Positions 1 through 7,832 of a stretch of 14,441 bases of DNA are shown here, in pieces. How positions within the stretch are numbered: position 1 is the first letter of the stretch; every line of letters starts with the position of its first letter. The translations under genes were made by a program, and so were the position numbers. This DNA comes from Candidatus Iainarchaeum sp. (GTDB lineage Archaea > Iainarchaeota > Iainarchaeia > Iainarchaeales > CSSED10-239). The stretch lies in NCBI GenBank assembly GCA_028700905.1, contig JAQVRT010000014.1, positions 1 through 14,441 on the forward strand, given 5' to 3'. The notes below the pieces were generated by a model. It worked only from the letters and a program-made list of their open reading frames with translations, searched no databases and had not been told where the DNA came from.

Positions 1-502
1 CAGTTCTCCAATCATAAACATCATATGAAATATCTAAAGCATCATAAGAATTGTGTTTATAAAATTCACTTACACTTATACCTTCACCAGATAAATAATT
101 ATTTGAATTATAAACATCATCATAAACTGATGCAGTTAAACCTGCATCAGGAGAAAGATCTGGAAATTTAACTAATAAAACAGGGATACTGTAATTACCG
201 GTTGTAGGGGAAGTTCCTATTTTATTATCTAAAGTAGTGGTTTCAAAATCTCTTACAGAAAGGTTTGAAGAATAATTTAAACCTAAACTTGCAGGAGTTT
301 CTCCTGGAGGAAGACAAATACTTCCTGAACAATAACTTGAAAGAATTGGTGGAATTTCAAAGACAGGAGGTTTGGATTTTGTAACTGATTTTATTACTGC
401 AATATTTTCTGCACTAGAAGAAGCTTCCTTAGAATAAACTAAAGGAAGAAGTAAAAAAGTTAAGAAAATTATTATAACTACTAAAAATATTCTTTTATCC
501 AT
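1..502 (-). CDS. Secreted protein, N-terminal part only (gene continues beyond the left edge); possible M6/InhA-like metalloprotease N-terminal domain
   Basis: ATG at 502..500 opens a minus-strand frame that stays open to position 1. It is missing from the ORF track because it is partial. My translation starts MDKRIFLVVIIIFLTFLLLPLVYSKEASS, a Sec-type signal peptide. Later comes ...GNYSIPVLLVKFPDLSPDAGL...GISVSEFYKHNSYDALDISYDVYDW, which resembles the start of M6 (immune inhibitor A-like) protease domains as I remember them. The catalytic HEXXH region would lie outside the window. Confidence 0.5.
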   Translation of the reverse strand, partial: MDKRIFLVVIIIFLTFLLLPLVYSKEASSSAENIAVIKSVTKSKPPVFEIPPILSSYCSGSICLPPGETPASLGLNYSSNLSVRDFETTTLDNKIGTSPTTGNYSIPVLLVKFPDLSPDAGLTASVYDDVYNSNNYLSGEGISVSEFYKHNSYDALDISYDVYDWRT

Positions 503-527
503 ATATATTTATTGATTTAACTTATAT

Positions 528-551
528 AAAAAGTTAACTTATTAACTTTTT
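528..551 (-). terminator. Hairpin with flanking T-run between the pilin-like gene and the downstream secreted-protein gene
   Basis: AAAAAGTTAA-CTTA-TTAACTTTTT forms a perfect 10-bp inverted repeat with a 4-nt loop, 10 nt after the stop of the 561..1604 gene. A TATA-like TTTATATAAG (minus strand, 521-530) for the downstream gene follows directly. Confidence 0.4.
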
Positions 552-560
552 AAAATAACT

Positions 561-1604
561 TTAATTTAAACCTAATGAAAAACAAACTTCTCCATTTGAA
601 TTTGTAACACATACTGGTTCTAAATCATAGTATTCAGATAAATCTGGATGACTTACATAAAATGTAGCATCTCCTTCTGAAGAACTATCTGATGCTGAAA
701 ATCTATTAAGACAAAGATTTATAGAACCATTAGAATTTGTTTGTTCACTACAAAGTGCATATTCTGGTGGAGATTGTACAGGAAGAGTAAATTCTAATAT
801 TTTTTCATCAGAAATACCAGAATCAGTATTTTGATCTACCCCTGTAAAATAAAAATTAAAAACTCCTTCTTGATTACAAGAAATATTACTTGCAAGTTCT
901 TCTTCTGGATTAAGACTTGAGAAAGTATGTATGAATAATCCTTCTGCTGTTGCAGGAACTTGAGTTCCATCGTAACTACATGCATCTGATAACATCATAG
1001 AACCTAAAGAATTTTGTGTACTTACAACTAAACTAACATCAACTAATTGTTCTTGAGTTGTATTAAAATCTATACTTAAAGTTGTTGGATAAGGTTGATT
1101 TACATTTGCACTTGCAGTTGGAAATGGAGTTAAATCTAAAAAGAATGCATTTGGAAGTGAATTTCCATATTCACAAGAAGAATAATCTACTTCACAAGAA
1201 AAACAATCATAACCATCAGCATCACCTATTAAAAAATAACCAAATGGAACTTGACTTATACAATCACTATAACCTGGACCTAAAACAATAGAACCATTAA
1301 CCCATTCACATTCCTCGCCAGTATTTAAAACATTATCTCCACAAACACCACCTGGTATTGGGTCAGGATCATCATTACCAGCTCCTCCATCACCATTGTG
1401 ATCTCCATCTCCACCACCTACAGAAATACCACCATCATCTCCAGGGAAATAATTAGATAGATCTACTTCTGGTATGTCTTGAGTATTATCTATTTTTTTA
1501 TTAATATTAGATAAATAAAATGTTGCAAAAACAACACTACCTAAAACTATAACACCTATAATAATTATTGCTTCTAAAGAAACCTGTCCTTTATCTCTAA
1601 TCAT
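561..1604 (-). CDS. Archaeal type IV pilin-like surface protein with class III signal peptide, Gly/Asp-rich linker and cysteine-rich repeat
   Basis: The N-terminus MIRDKG|QVSLEAIIIIGVIVLGSVVF matches the archaeal prepilin peptidase site: basic residue, then Gly, then Gln at +1, Glu at +5 and a hydrophobic helix. The next segment is GDDGGISVGGGDGDHNGDGGAGNDDPDPIPGG. After it, CGDNVLNTGEECEW resembles the CGDGxxxxGEEC cysteine-rich repeat seen in Myxococcus-type repeat proteins. A GGTGG RBS lies 7 nt upstream of the ATG. Confidence 0.7.
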   Translation of the reverse strand: MIRDKGQVSLEAIIIIGVIVLGSVVFATFYLSNINKKIDNTQDIPEVDLSNYFPGDDGGISVGGGDGDHNGDGGAGNDDPDPIPGGVCGDNVLNTGEECEWVNGSIVLGPGYSDCISQVPFGYFLIGDADGYDCFSCEVDYSSCEYGNSLPNAFFLDLTPFPTASANVNQPYPTTLSIDFNTTQEQLVDVSLVVSTQNSLGSMMLSDACSYDGTQVPATAEGLFIHTFSSLNPEEELASNISCNQEGVFNFYFTGVDQNTDSGISDEKILEFTLPVQSPPEYALCSEQTNSNGSINLCLNRFSASDSSSEGDATFYVSHPDLSEYYDLEPVCVTNSNGEVCFSLGLN

Positions 1605-1655
1605 AAATCTTCCACCTAAATCATTAAAATATATTATTATTTGTAAACGGAAATA

Positions 1656-1668
1656 TTTATAAACTATT
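1656..1668 (-). promoter_or_regulatory. BRE/TATA-like promoter element (AATAGTTTATAAA on the minus strand) for the pilin-like gene
   Basis: The minus strand reads gcAATAGTTTATAAATATTT about 55 nt upstream of the ATG at 1604, leaving room for a roughly 28-nt leader that contains the GGTGG RBS. The same AATAG-n-TTTATAAA arrangement occurs at 7685-7698 and 10486-10499. Confidence 0.5.
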
Positions 1669-1676
1669 GCAAAAAG

Positions 1677-2291
1677 TCATTTTTTAATATACGGACGTCT
1701 TGGTTTCTTTTGGGACTTATCCAAAATTTTATTTTTTGATTTGGATTTAAGAAAATTAATTATTTGTTTAATTAAAACAGACTTAACACCTTTTTCTGTA
1801 GCGTTTAATAATTCTAATTTTGAGTTAGAATTATTTTTAATTATTAAATTAGCATACTTTTTAACTTCATCTACTCCCATTATTTTTGATCTAAAAAAAT
1901 CACTTTTTGCGACATTGTTAATAGCTTCTTTTTTAGATTTATAATTAGATCTTAATTTTATTCGGTTTATTCTATATGTTTTATTAGAGTGGGTATAAAT
2001 TATATGAAAATCAGAAATAAACTTTTTGAGAAAAAAAATTTCATCTTTACTTAAAATACCTTCAATTATAATATTTTTGCTAACCTTTAATTCATTTATA
2101 ATATAAGGCATGGTTAATTCTAACACTTTTGTTTTTCGTTCAGCATAATAAACACTAGATTTATTTTTATGTTCAGGAATAGAATTTAATACACCCCTTA
2201 TTTCTATTAATTTAAATCCATTATCCATTAAATAATTGCCAACTATAGTCTTTCCAACCCCATTCTTACCAACAATTACAAATACAGTCAT
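1677..2291 (-). CDS. P-loop NTPase, nucleoside/nucleotide-kinase-like, with a basic C-terminal tail
   Basis: A Walker A motif sits at the extreme N-terminus (VIVGKNGVGKT). The size of about 200 aa and the layout are typical of small NMP-kinase or dephospho-CoA-kinase-like proteins. The ATG overlaps the upstream stop as ATGA. The substrate cannot be inferred. Confidence 0.5.
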   Translation of the reverse strand: MTVFVIVGKNGVGKTIVGNYLMDNGFKLIEIRGVLNSIPEHKNKSSVYYAERKTKVLELTMPYIINELKVSKNIIIEGILSKDEIFFLKKFISDFHIIYTHSNKTYRINRIKLRSNYKSKKEAINNVAKSDFFRSKIMGVDEVKKYANLIIKNNSNSKLELLNATEKGVKSVLIKQIINFLKSKSKNKILDKSQKKPRRPYIKK

Positions 2292-2782
2292 AATAATCTA
2301 TTTAATATATTTAACAACAATAAAATTCTAATCATAAATGAGCCATCACCACTAATATTTAGAGTGAGTTGCTCATCAAAATAATTTTTTAAAATTAAGT
2401 TTAATCTGGCTGCCAAATTATTTAAAAATAATTGCTCATCAAAATTTGCCTTAGAATTAGATATATTTTTTTGAAATTTATTTATAGAACATAGTGAAAA
2501 TAAATAATATTGAATTTGCCTCAAAACCTGATAAATATCTTTTTTTGAATTACAAACAAAAAAAAGATTATTTTTTAAAAAAATATAATTAATAATAAAC
2601 AAATCATGAGGGTCTAAAAAAATTAGTTTAATATCCTCGATAGAAAAATTATTTTTATCTAACACACTATTAATTTCGGCGACATTAATTGGATTTACAT
2701 TTAAAAAAACAATAAATTGTTGACCCTCATAATAAAATTGGTGCCAAGAAAGTGAGCAAAAATTATTTTTTATAATGACCAC
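2288..2782 (-). CDS. Hypothetical protein (orphan ORF inside the operon, GTG start)
   Basis: A 164-codon open frame with no ATG start. The start is GTG at 2782..2780, inside a GGTGGTC string. Its stop overlaps the next start as ATGA, which supports real translation. It has an internal repeat, NFDEQLFLNNL / YFDEQLTLNI. I recognise no domain. Confidence 0.35.
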   Translation of the reverse strand: MVIIKNNFCSLSWHQFYYEGQQFIVFLNVNPINVAEINSVLDKNNFSIEDIKLIFLDPHDLFIINYIFLKNNLFFVCNSKKDIYQVLRQIQYYLFSLCSINKFQKNISNSKANFDEQLFLNNLAARLNLILKNYFDEQLTLNISGDGSFMIRILLLLNILNRLL

Positions 2783-3632
2783 CTTTTTTTTTAAATGTAA
2801 TAAAATAGTTTTTAGAATAATAAATCTTTTTTTTTAAACCTGGTTTTGTAGAAGGAATGTCTTTCCAATAATTAAAACCAAACCATTTTAATAAAAACAA
2901 ATAATAAACATAAATTTTTGCAATTAAATCTAAAAAATAATTATATATTTTAATCAATCTAATTTTAAATGGAAATCCACTAATTAAATAACGCCCTAAT
3001 AATGTCCTCGCATGCTGATTAACCCGATCTTTAAAAGTACTTGGTAAAAAATAAAAATAATATGCAAAAAAACAAGGAATAAAATCAAATTTATACTTAG
3101 AATAAATCCAACGATCTTCATTAATTTTTGAAATATTTTTAAAAATTATTTTATTAAAAAAAACAGATTTAAACAAGATAAATGCGCCATGAGGTTTTAT
3201 TTTAAAAACAGTGGATTCAAACTCTATTTTTAATATATTTTGTTTTTCTAAAAGAGAAGGATGCTTAGAAATATAAGTTATGGGCAAGGCGCTTGCAGAA
3301 GTGTAATTATAATTAGAATTATTTAAAGTAGCCACTAAATTATAAATACATTTATCTGATAGAAAAAGATCAGAATCAGAAAACAAATAAAATTTATAAC
3401 GCAAATTTAATGACTGAACATATTTAAAAACATATAATTTTCCAATATCACAACTAACAAAATTATGCACAATTACACCTTTAAATGAATTGCAATCGAT
3501 AGGCTTATTAGAATGAATTATAATATGTATATTAAACAACACACCTTTTTGTTTATTTAATTCTGAAACAATATGAGGAATATACTTTAAATCAGATTCT
3601 CTTACACAAACAAAAACACCTAAATTAACCAT
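2763..3632 (-). CDS. Putative GT-A (family 2-like) glycosyltransferase
   Basis: An N-terminal beta-strand start (LGVFVCVRES) is followed by a DxD-like FLFSDSDLFL and a later NEDRW (ED motif), in the order expected for GT2 enzymes. The sequence is very divergent and low in complexity. Confidence 0.45.
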   Translation of the reverse strand: MVNLGVFVCVRESDLKYIPHIVSELNKQKGVLFNIHIIIHSNKPIDCNSFKGVIVHNFVSCDIGKLYVFKYVQSLNLRYKFYLFSDSDLFLSDKCIYNLVATLNNSNYNYTSASALPITYISKHPSLLEKQNILKIEFESTVFKIKPHGAFILFKSVFFNKIIFKNISKINEDRWIYSKYKFDFIPCFFAYYFYFLPSTFKDRVNQHARTLLGRYLISGFPFKIRLIKIYNYFLDLIAKIYVYYLFLLKWFGFNYWKDIPSTKPGLKKKIYYSKNYFITFKKKGGHYKK

Positions 3633-4632
3633 TATTAATCACATTTAAAAAAAAAGCAATATTTTTACTTAAATCAAACTTAGTCCTTGATAGCAAATAA
3701 ACTTTTAAAGACTTTCTTTGTATATCTGCAAAATCTAAAAAAGGTAATTCATTAGGAAAAATAATATTACTCTCAAATAAATCAATTGCAACAAAATTAG
3801 AGGGCAAAACCACTGGAACACAACCATAAAATCCGCCTTCTACCAATGAATTAGAAAAAGTTTCTAAATAGCCTAATGAAAAATTTAGAATAGCTTTTTT
3901 ATAATAAGGAATTATTCTTTCAAAAGATGGTGCTTGCTTATAAAACAATTTATTACTAATATTATGAGAATTAATTTTTTTATTATCTGTAAAATAATAA
4001 CATTTGTTTAAATATAATAAAAATTTATTTATTTTATTATTATTTTTATATTTTTTAAGTCTAGTCGCGAATATTCCATTCATTTGTTTTTTATCCCAAG
4101 CATAATTATCAGAAATTAATCCAATCGGAGTAATAATGTATTTAGCAGTAGTTTTAAAAAAACAATTAGCCAACATTTTATGAGAACTACAACTAACATG
4201 TAAAAAATCTATTTTTAAAAAGTTAATTTTTTTAAAAAAAATAGATTCTATTTTTAGTTTTTTTTGACAACTACGATCTAATTTAAATCTATAGTGTTCA
4301 ATATCAGGAATAGAAGCAATTAATTTAAAATTTTTATTTTTTAACAAAACAGGGTCTAATGATAAAATATGCCTATAATCTATAAAGTAAACAAAATCAA
4401 CAGGATTATTTTTCAGAAAGTTATTTAATTCTAAATGCAAATCACTCACTTCTGAAAAATTCATTATTAATTTATCATCATAATAAAAAGGGTTGTTAAA
4501 ATATAAATTAAAAACAATTACATCATAAGAACTATATTTATACAAGCCAACTAAAAATCTATATGCTCGATTTTGAACTCCCCCTACAGAATCTCTTGAA
4601 AGATCATAAACAACAATTACAAATTTACTCAT
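3625..4632 (-). CDS. Putative GT-B (family 4-like) glycosyltransferase
   Basis: The N-terminal FVIVVYDLSRDSVGGVQN resembles the GT4 GGv..h motif. The C-terminal LETFSNSLVEGGFYGCVPVV fits the GT4 E-x7-E signature followed by G.P.V. Confidence 0.55.
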   Translation of the reverse strand: MSKFVIVVYDLSRDSVGGVQNRAYRFLVGLYKYSSYDVIVFNLYFNNPFYYDDKLIMNFSEVSDLHLELNNFLKNNPVDFVYFIDYRHILSLDPVLLKNKNFKLIASIPDIEHYRFKLDRSCQKKLKIESIFFKKINFLKIDFLHVSCSSHKMLANCFFKTTAKYIITPIGLISDNYAWDKKQMNGIFATRLKKYKNNNKINKFLLYLNKCYYFTDNKKINSHNISNKLFYKQAPSFERIIPYYKKAILNFSLGYLETFSNSLVEGGFYGCVPVVLPSNFVAIDLFESNIIFPNELPFLDFADIQRKSLKVYLLSRTKFDLSKNIAFFLNVINNG

Positions 4633-5773
4633 AAACTATACCGTGTTTTTTAAGAAAAACATCTAGAACAAATTTTAATCCATTAGATGTAACATAGTTA
4701 GGTACCTCAGAAGGATTAAGCCAAAGAAAACTATTGTGTTCTTCTGAAAGAACTACTTGAGATGTATTACAGAAAACCGAAAAGAATTCTGTTTTAGTTT
4801 TTCTATAAACATAATTAGATTTCTTGAAATAATGATTAATTTCAAATAATTTATCTAAATCTATTTTGACATCAGTAATACCCACTTCCTCAGCAATTTC
4901 TCTTTTAATTGTTAATGAAGGATCATCAAATTCGCCCTTTTCAACACCTCCTTTGGGATATGCCCACCAACCTCCACCTCCAAAGGAATGTTCTATTACT
5001 AAGACTTTTTTATGTTCTAAATTATATAATATACCTCCTCTTGCAAGGCCAACTAATACATTTAATTGTTTAATATCTTCAAATAATTTTTCAAAATTAA
5101 ACTCATTATAAATACTGTATATTTTTGAAAAAATCGAAAGCAACGATTCAGTTGTATTTTTATCAACATTTTCTTTAACTTTAAAACTATTTTCTAATTT
5201 AAAATCAAAATTAACCCCGAATAAATTTAAAATTCGATAAAAATCATAAATTACATCTGACATCTTATATTTATCTGAAATAAAATAAGCATCATAAAAA
5301 TTTTGTTTTAAAACATAAAAAGTGGTTTGAAGTTCATAAAAAAAATCTTCTTTTGATTTATTTTTTAACATTTCGACAAACTTATATTCAATTCTTTCTC
5401 CAAAAATACAAAAACTATTTATGGTTAAATCAAATAAATAAGGTACAAACAAATCTTCAGAAATGATTTTTGAACTTAACTCATCTAAATTATGTATTCT
5501 AAAAACCATAGGAATATCATATTTTTGCCTAATAGTTGAATTTAATTCATTAATTAAAAGTAAATTTTCATTAGATATCTTTTCTTTATTCACAAAAAAC
5601 ATTACATCTAAATCACTTAAACCAGGTATAATTTCATCTCTCGCAAAAGAACCATAAATATAAACCGAATGAATGAAATCAATGTTTTTAGAAGTTAACA
5701 AGTCCTGAAGATCTTTAACCATATAATAATAATTACTAATATCTTTATTTAAAATTGTTTTCAAAAAAATCAC
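4625..5773 (-). CDS. Fusion protein: Pol-beta-superfamily nucleotidyltransferase (AadA/ANT-like N-terminus) plus C-terminal Nudix hydrolase
   Basis: VYIYGSFARDEIIPGLSDLDVMFFV is the GS...(S)DxD minimal nucleotidyltransferase motif, with spacing like aminoglycoside adenylyltransferases. The C-terminal GGVEKGEFDDPSLTIKREIAEEVGI is a Nudix box (G-x5-E ... REUxEExGU) with a slightly long spacer. The start is uncertain: the track start at 5773 is GTG, an in-frame TTG at 5764 sits 6 nt after GGTGA, and an in-frame ATG lies at 5722. Confidence 0.7.
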   Translation of the reverse strand: MIFLKTILNKDISNYYYMVKDLQDLLTSKNIDFIHSVYIYGSFARDEIIPGLSDLDVMFFVNKEKISNENLLLINELNSTIRQKYDIPMVFRIHNLDELSSKIISEDLFVPYLFDLTINSFCIFGERIEYKFVEMLKNKSKEDFFYELQTTFYVLKQNFYDAYFISDKYKMSDVIYDFYRILNLFGVNFDFKLENSFKVKENVDKNTTESLLSIFSKIYSIYNEFNFEKLFEDIKQLNVLVGLARGGILYNLEHKKVLVIEHSFGGGGWWAYPKGGVEKGEFDDPSLTIKREIAEEVGITDVKIDLDKLFEINHYFKKSNYVYRKTKTEFFSVFCNTSQVVLSEEHNSFLWLNPSEVPNYVTSNGLKFVLDVFLKKHGIVYE

Positions 5774-6602
5774 CTTTATTTATTTTTTTATTCAAGTATA
5801 AATAGAATTGATCAAAAGTGTTAAACATAACAGATGATGATGCAATTTTATTTGCAAATTTCAAAGATTTTTTAAGAGAAGCTTTTTTTAGATAATATCC
5901 AACAAAAGAATATAAAAAAACATCTCCGGCTCCAACAGATGACTTTTCAATCACATCATAACCCGAATCAGAAAAAAATAAAACATTATTTTTTAAAATG
6001 TCAGCACCATTGCAACCTTTTGTTAATAAGATATAATCCATATTTTCTAAAATATTTTTATCTAAACCAAAATATTCTTTATCAGATAATTTAAAAAACA
6101 CTTTTACAAAATATTTTTTAGACAGAGCAATAATTTGTTTTAATAATAGTAATTCTTGTTTTTTAAAACCACCATCATCATTATTAAAAAGATCTAAAAA
6201 AATAAACTTAGGTTTTTGAGAAAATATTTTTTTAAAAAATAAAATATTAAATTCATTTATTATTGGAGATACAATAATTGTTGCATTAGTTAAATTTAAA
6301 TTTAGATTAGAGCTAATTCTAAATGGTTTTGAATTTAATTTTACAACACGATTATTTTTAAATTGTTTTAAATTAAAACAAACTGTTTCTGGAACATAAT
6401 TAGGAATAATGTGCTTTAATAAAATTATATTTTCATAAAAGTCTTTTTTAGATATATTTGAAATATTAATAAAATTTAAATTGAAATTATTGCTAAGTAG
6501 ATGCAATATTGAACCGCCATAATTTGGAGGCCCTCCTAAAAAAACATTGTTATTTATCAAATCAATAGAAACACTAGAAAATGAAAAAATATTATTTTTC
6601 AT
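5745..6602 (-). CDS. PfkB/ribokinase-family carbohydrate kinase
   Basis: The N-terminal LGGPPNYGGS (GG..N motif) and the C-terminal SSVGAGDVFLYSF (GAGD anion-hole motif) appear in the canonical order. The length of 285 aa fits the family. The ATG at 6602 overlaps the upstream gene by 11 nt. Confidence 0.75.
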   Translation of the reverse strand: MKNNIFSFSSVSIDLINNNVFLGGPPNYGGSILHLLSNNFNLNFINISNISKKDFYENIILLKHIIPNYVPETVCFNLKQFKNNRVVKLNSKPFRISSNLNLNLTNATIIVSPIINEFNILFFKKIFSQKPKFIFLDLFNNDDGGFKKQELLLLKQIIALSKKYFVKVFFKLSDKEYFGLDKNILENMDYILLTKGCNGADILKNNVLFFSDSGYDVIEKSSVGAGDVFLYSFVGYYLKKASLKKSLKFANKIASSSVMFNTFDQFYLYLNKKINKGDFFENNFK

Positions 6603-7659
6603 AAATCCACTTTTTCAATTTTTTAAAAACAAAATCATCTGTATATTGCTCATTATTTGTTTTAAAACCGTAATTATTAATAATAGGCACAGTCCCTACT
6701 AAATTACGATCTTTTGCAATTTTTGCTAATCTAATTATATCTATAATAACGCCAGCACTATTAGGAGAATCAGTAACAGATAATTTTAATTCAATATCAA
6801 TTGGCTGCCCACCAAAACCCAATCCACGTAAATTGATATAGGCAATTTTATTATCGTTTAAATAATGAATATATTCTGCAGGGCCAGCATATAAGTTATT
6901 TAATTTATAATCATATTGACTGTTTACACTATTAATTTTACTTTCCCATTTTAATTTTAATCTTTCTTTATTCATCATATTCAGAAAGTCTGTATTTCCA
7001 CCAATATTCAATTGATAAGTGTTTTTTAATAAACACCCACGTTCTAAGAACAAATTAACTAATACTCGATGAATTATGGTTGCGCCTATTTGAGATTTTA
7101 CATCATCTCCAAAAACCAATAATTTTGCAGACTTAAATTTATCTATCCATTTTTTATCAGATGCAATAAAAACAGGCATCGCATTTATAAAACCAACATT
7201 TGCTTTAATAGCAGCATCAGCATAGAACTTAACTGCATCAGACGATCCTACGGGCAAGTAACAAATAACAAAATCTGGCTTAGTTTTTTTAAAAAGATTA
7301 ATAATATCTACAGGTTCTTTTGTTGAAGGAATTACTTTTTTATCTAAAGAATTATCAATTACATGACCTGATAAGCCATCTAATATAGGCCCCATTTGAA
7401 CAATTACTTTTTCTTTTATATCTTTACAAAAAATAGTAGTACAATTAGGCCTAGAAAATATAGCTTTAGATATTGGTTTTCCGACTTTTCTTTGATCAAC
7501 ATCAATTGCACATACAACATCTATATCTTTAATAGAATAACCTTTTAAATTTGGGTGTAATAAACCTATAAAATCCTTTTTTAAATAATAATTAAGGCCC
7601 TGTACTAAACTACTTGCGCAATTACCTACACCTATAATACCTATTTTTATTTTAGACAT
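6592..7659 (-). CDS. ino1: Inositol-3-phosphate (myo-inositol-1-phosphate) synthase, short prokaryotic type
   Basis: IGIIGVGNCASSLVQGLNYY is the characteristic N-terminal Rossmann motif of bacterial and archaeal MIPS. FGDDVKSQIGATIIHRVL and LNIGGNTDFLNM match the conserved catalytic-core motifs. The length is 355 aa. Confidence 0.9.
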   Translation of the reverse strand: MSKIKIGIIGVGNCASSLVQGLNYYLKKDFIGLLHPNLKGYSIKDIDVVCAIDVDQRKVGKPISKAIFSRPNCTTIFCKDIKEKVIVQMGPILDGLSGHVIDNSLDKKVIPSTKEPVDIINLFKKTKPDFVICYLPVGSSDAVKFYADAAIKANVGFINAMPVFIASDKKWIDKFKSAKLLVFGDDVKSQIGATIIHRVLVNLFLERGCLLKNTYQLNIGGNTDFLNMMNKERLKLKWESKINSVNSQYDYKLNNLYAGPAEYIHYLNDNKIAYINLRGLGFGGQPIDIELKLSVTDSPNSAGVIIDIIRLAKIAKDRNLVGTVPIINNYGFKTNNEQYTDDFVFKKLKKWIYEK

Positions 7660-7684
7660 AATATTAAATTATTATATAAAAATA

Positions 7685-7698
7685 TTTATAAAACTATT
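7685..7698 (-). promoter_or_regulatory. BRE/TATA-like promoter of the inositol operon (AATAGTTTTATAAA on the minus strand)
   Basis: The TATA box lies 26-33 nt upstream of the ino1 ATG at 7659, which implies a leaderless or near-leaderless transcript. The motif is shared with 1656-1668 and 10486-10499. Confidence 0.5.
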
Positions 7699-7715
7699 TA
7701 GTTTGGAATTTCACA

Positions 7716-7739
7716 ACATATGATAAATAAATCATATGT
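7716..7739. promoter_or_regulatory. Perfect 9-bp inverted repeat (ACATATGAT-N6-ATCATATGT), candidate transcription-factor operator
   Basis: A perfect palindrome in the divergent ino1/dsbA-like intergenic region. It ends 1 nt before a second TTTATAAA box (7741-7748) and sits about 20 nt upstream of the ino1 TATA box. Confidence 0.4.
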
Positions 7740-7832
7740 CTTTATAAACATTTACAACCAATATATATTTTGAAAACAAAAAAATCACCTTATACCAACA
7801 CCTCAAAAAATGTTTTTAAAAAGAAAAACTAA

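Noticed and set aside
1082-1291. 69-aa plus-strand ORF from the track, rich in His, Leu, Lys and Asn
   Set aside because: It lies entirely antisense to the well-supported pilin-like gene. It has a low-complexity composition and no RBS or promoter. It is a typical shadow ORF in AT-rich DNA.
1741-1944. 67-aa plus-strand ORF
   Set aside because: It is antisense within the P-loop kinase gene, with no start context and no motifs.
4866-5111. 81-aa plus-strand ORF, and likewise 5463-5657
   Set aside because: Both are antisense inside the NTase-Nudix gene, whose own frame carries clear catalytic motifs.
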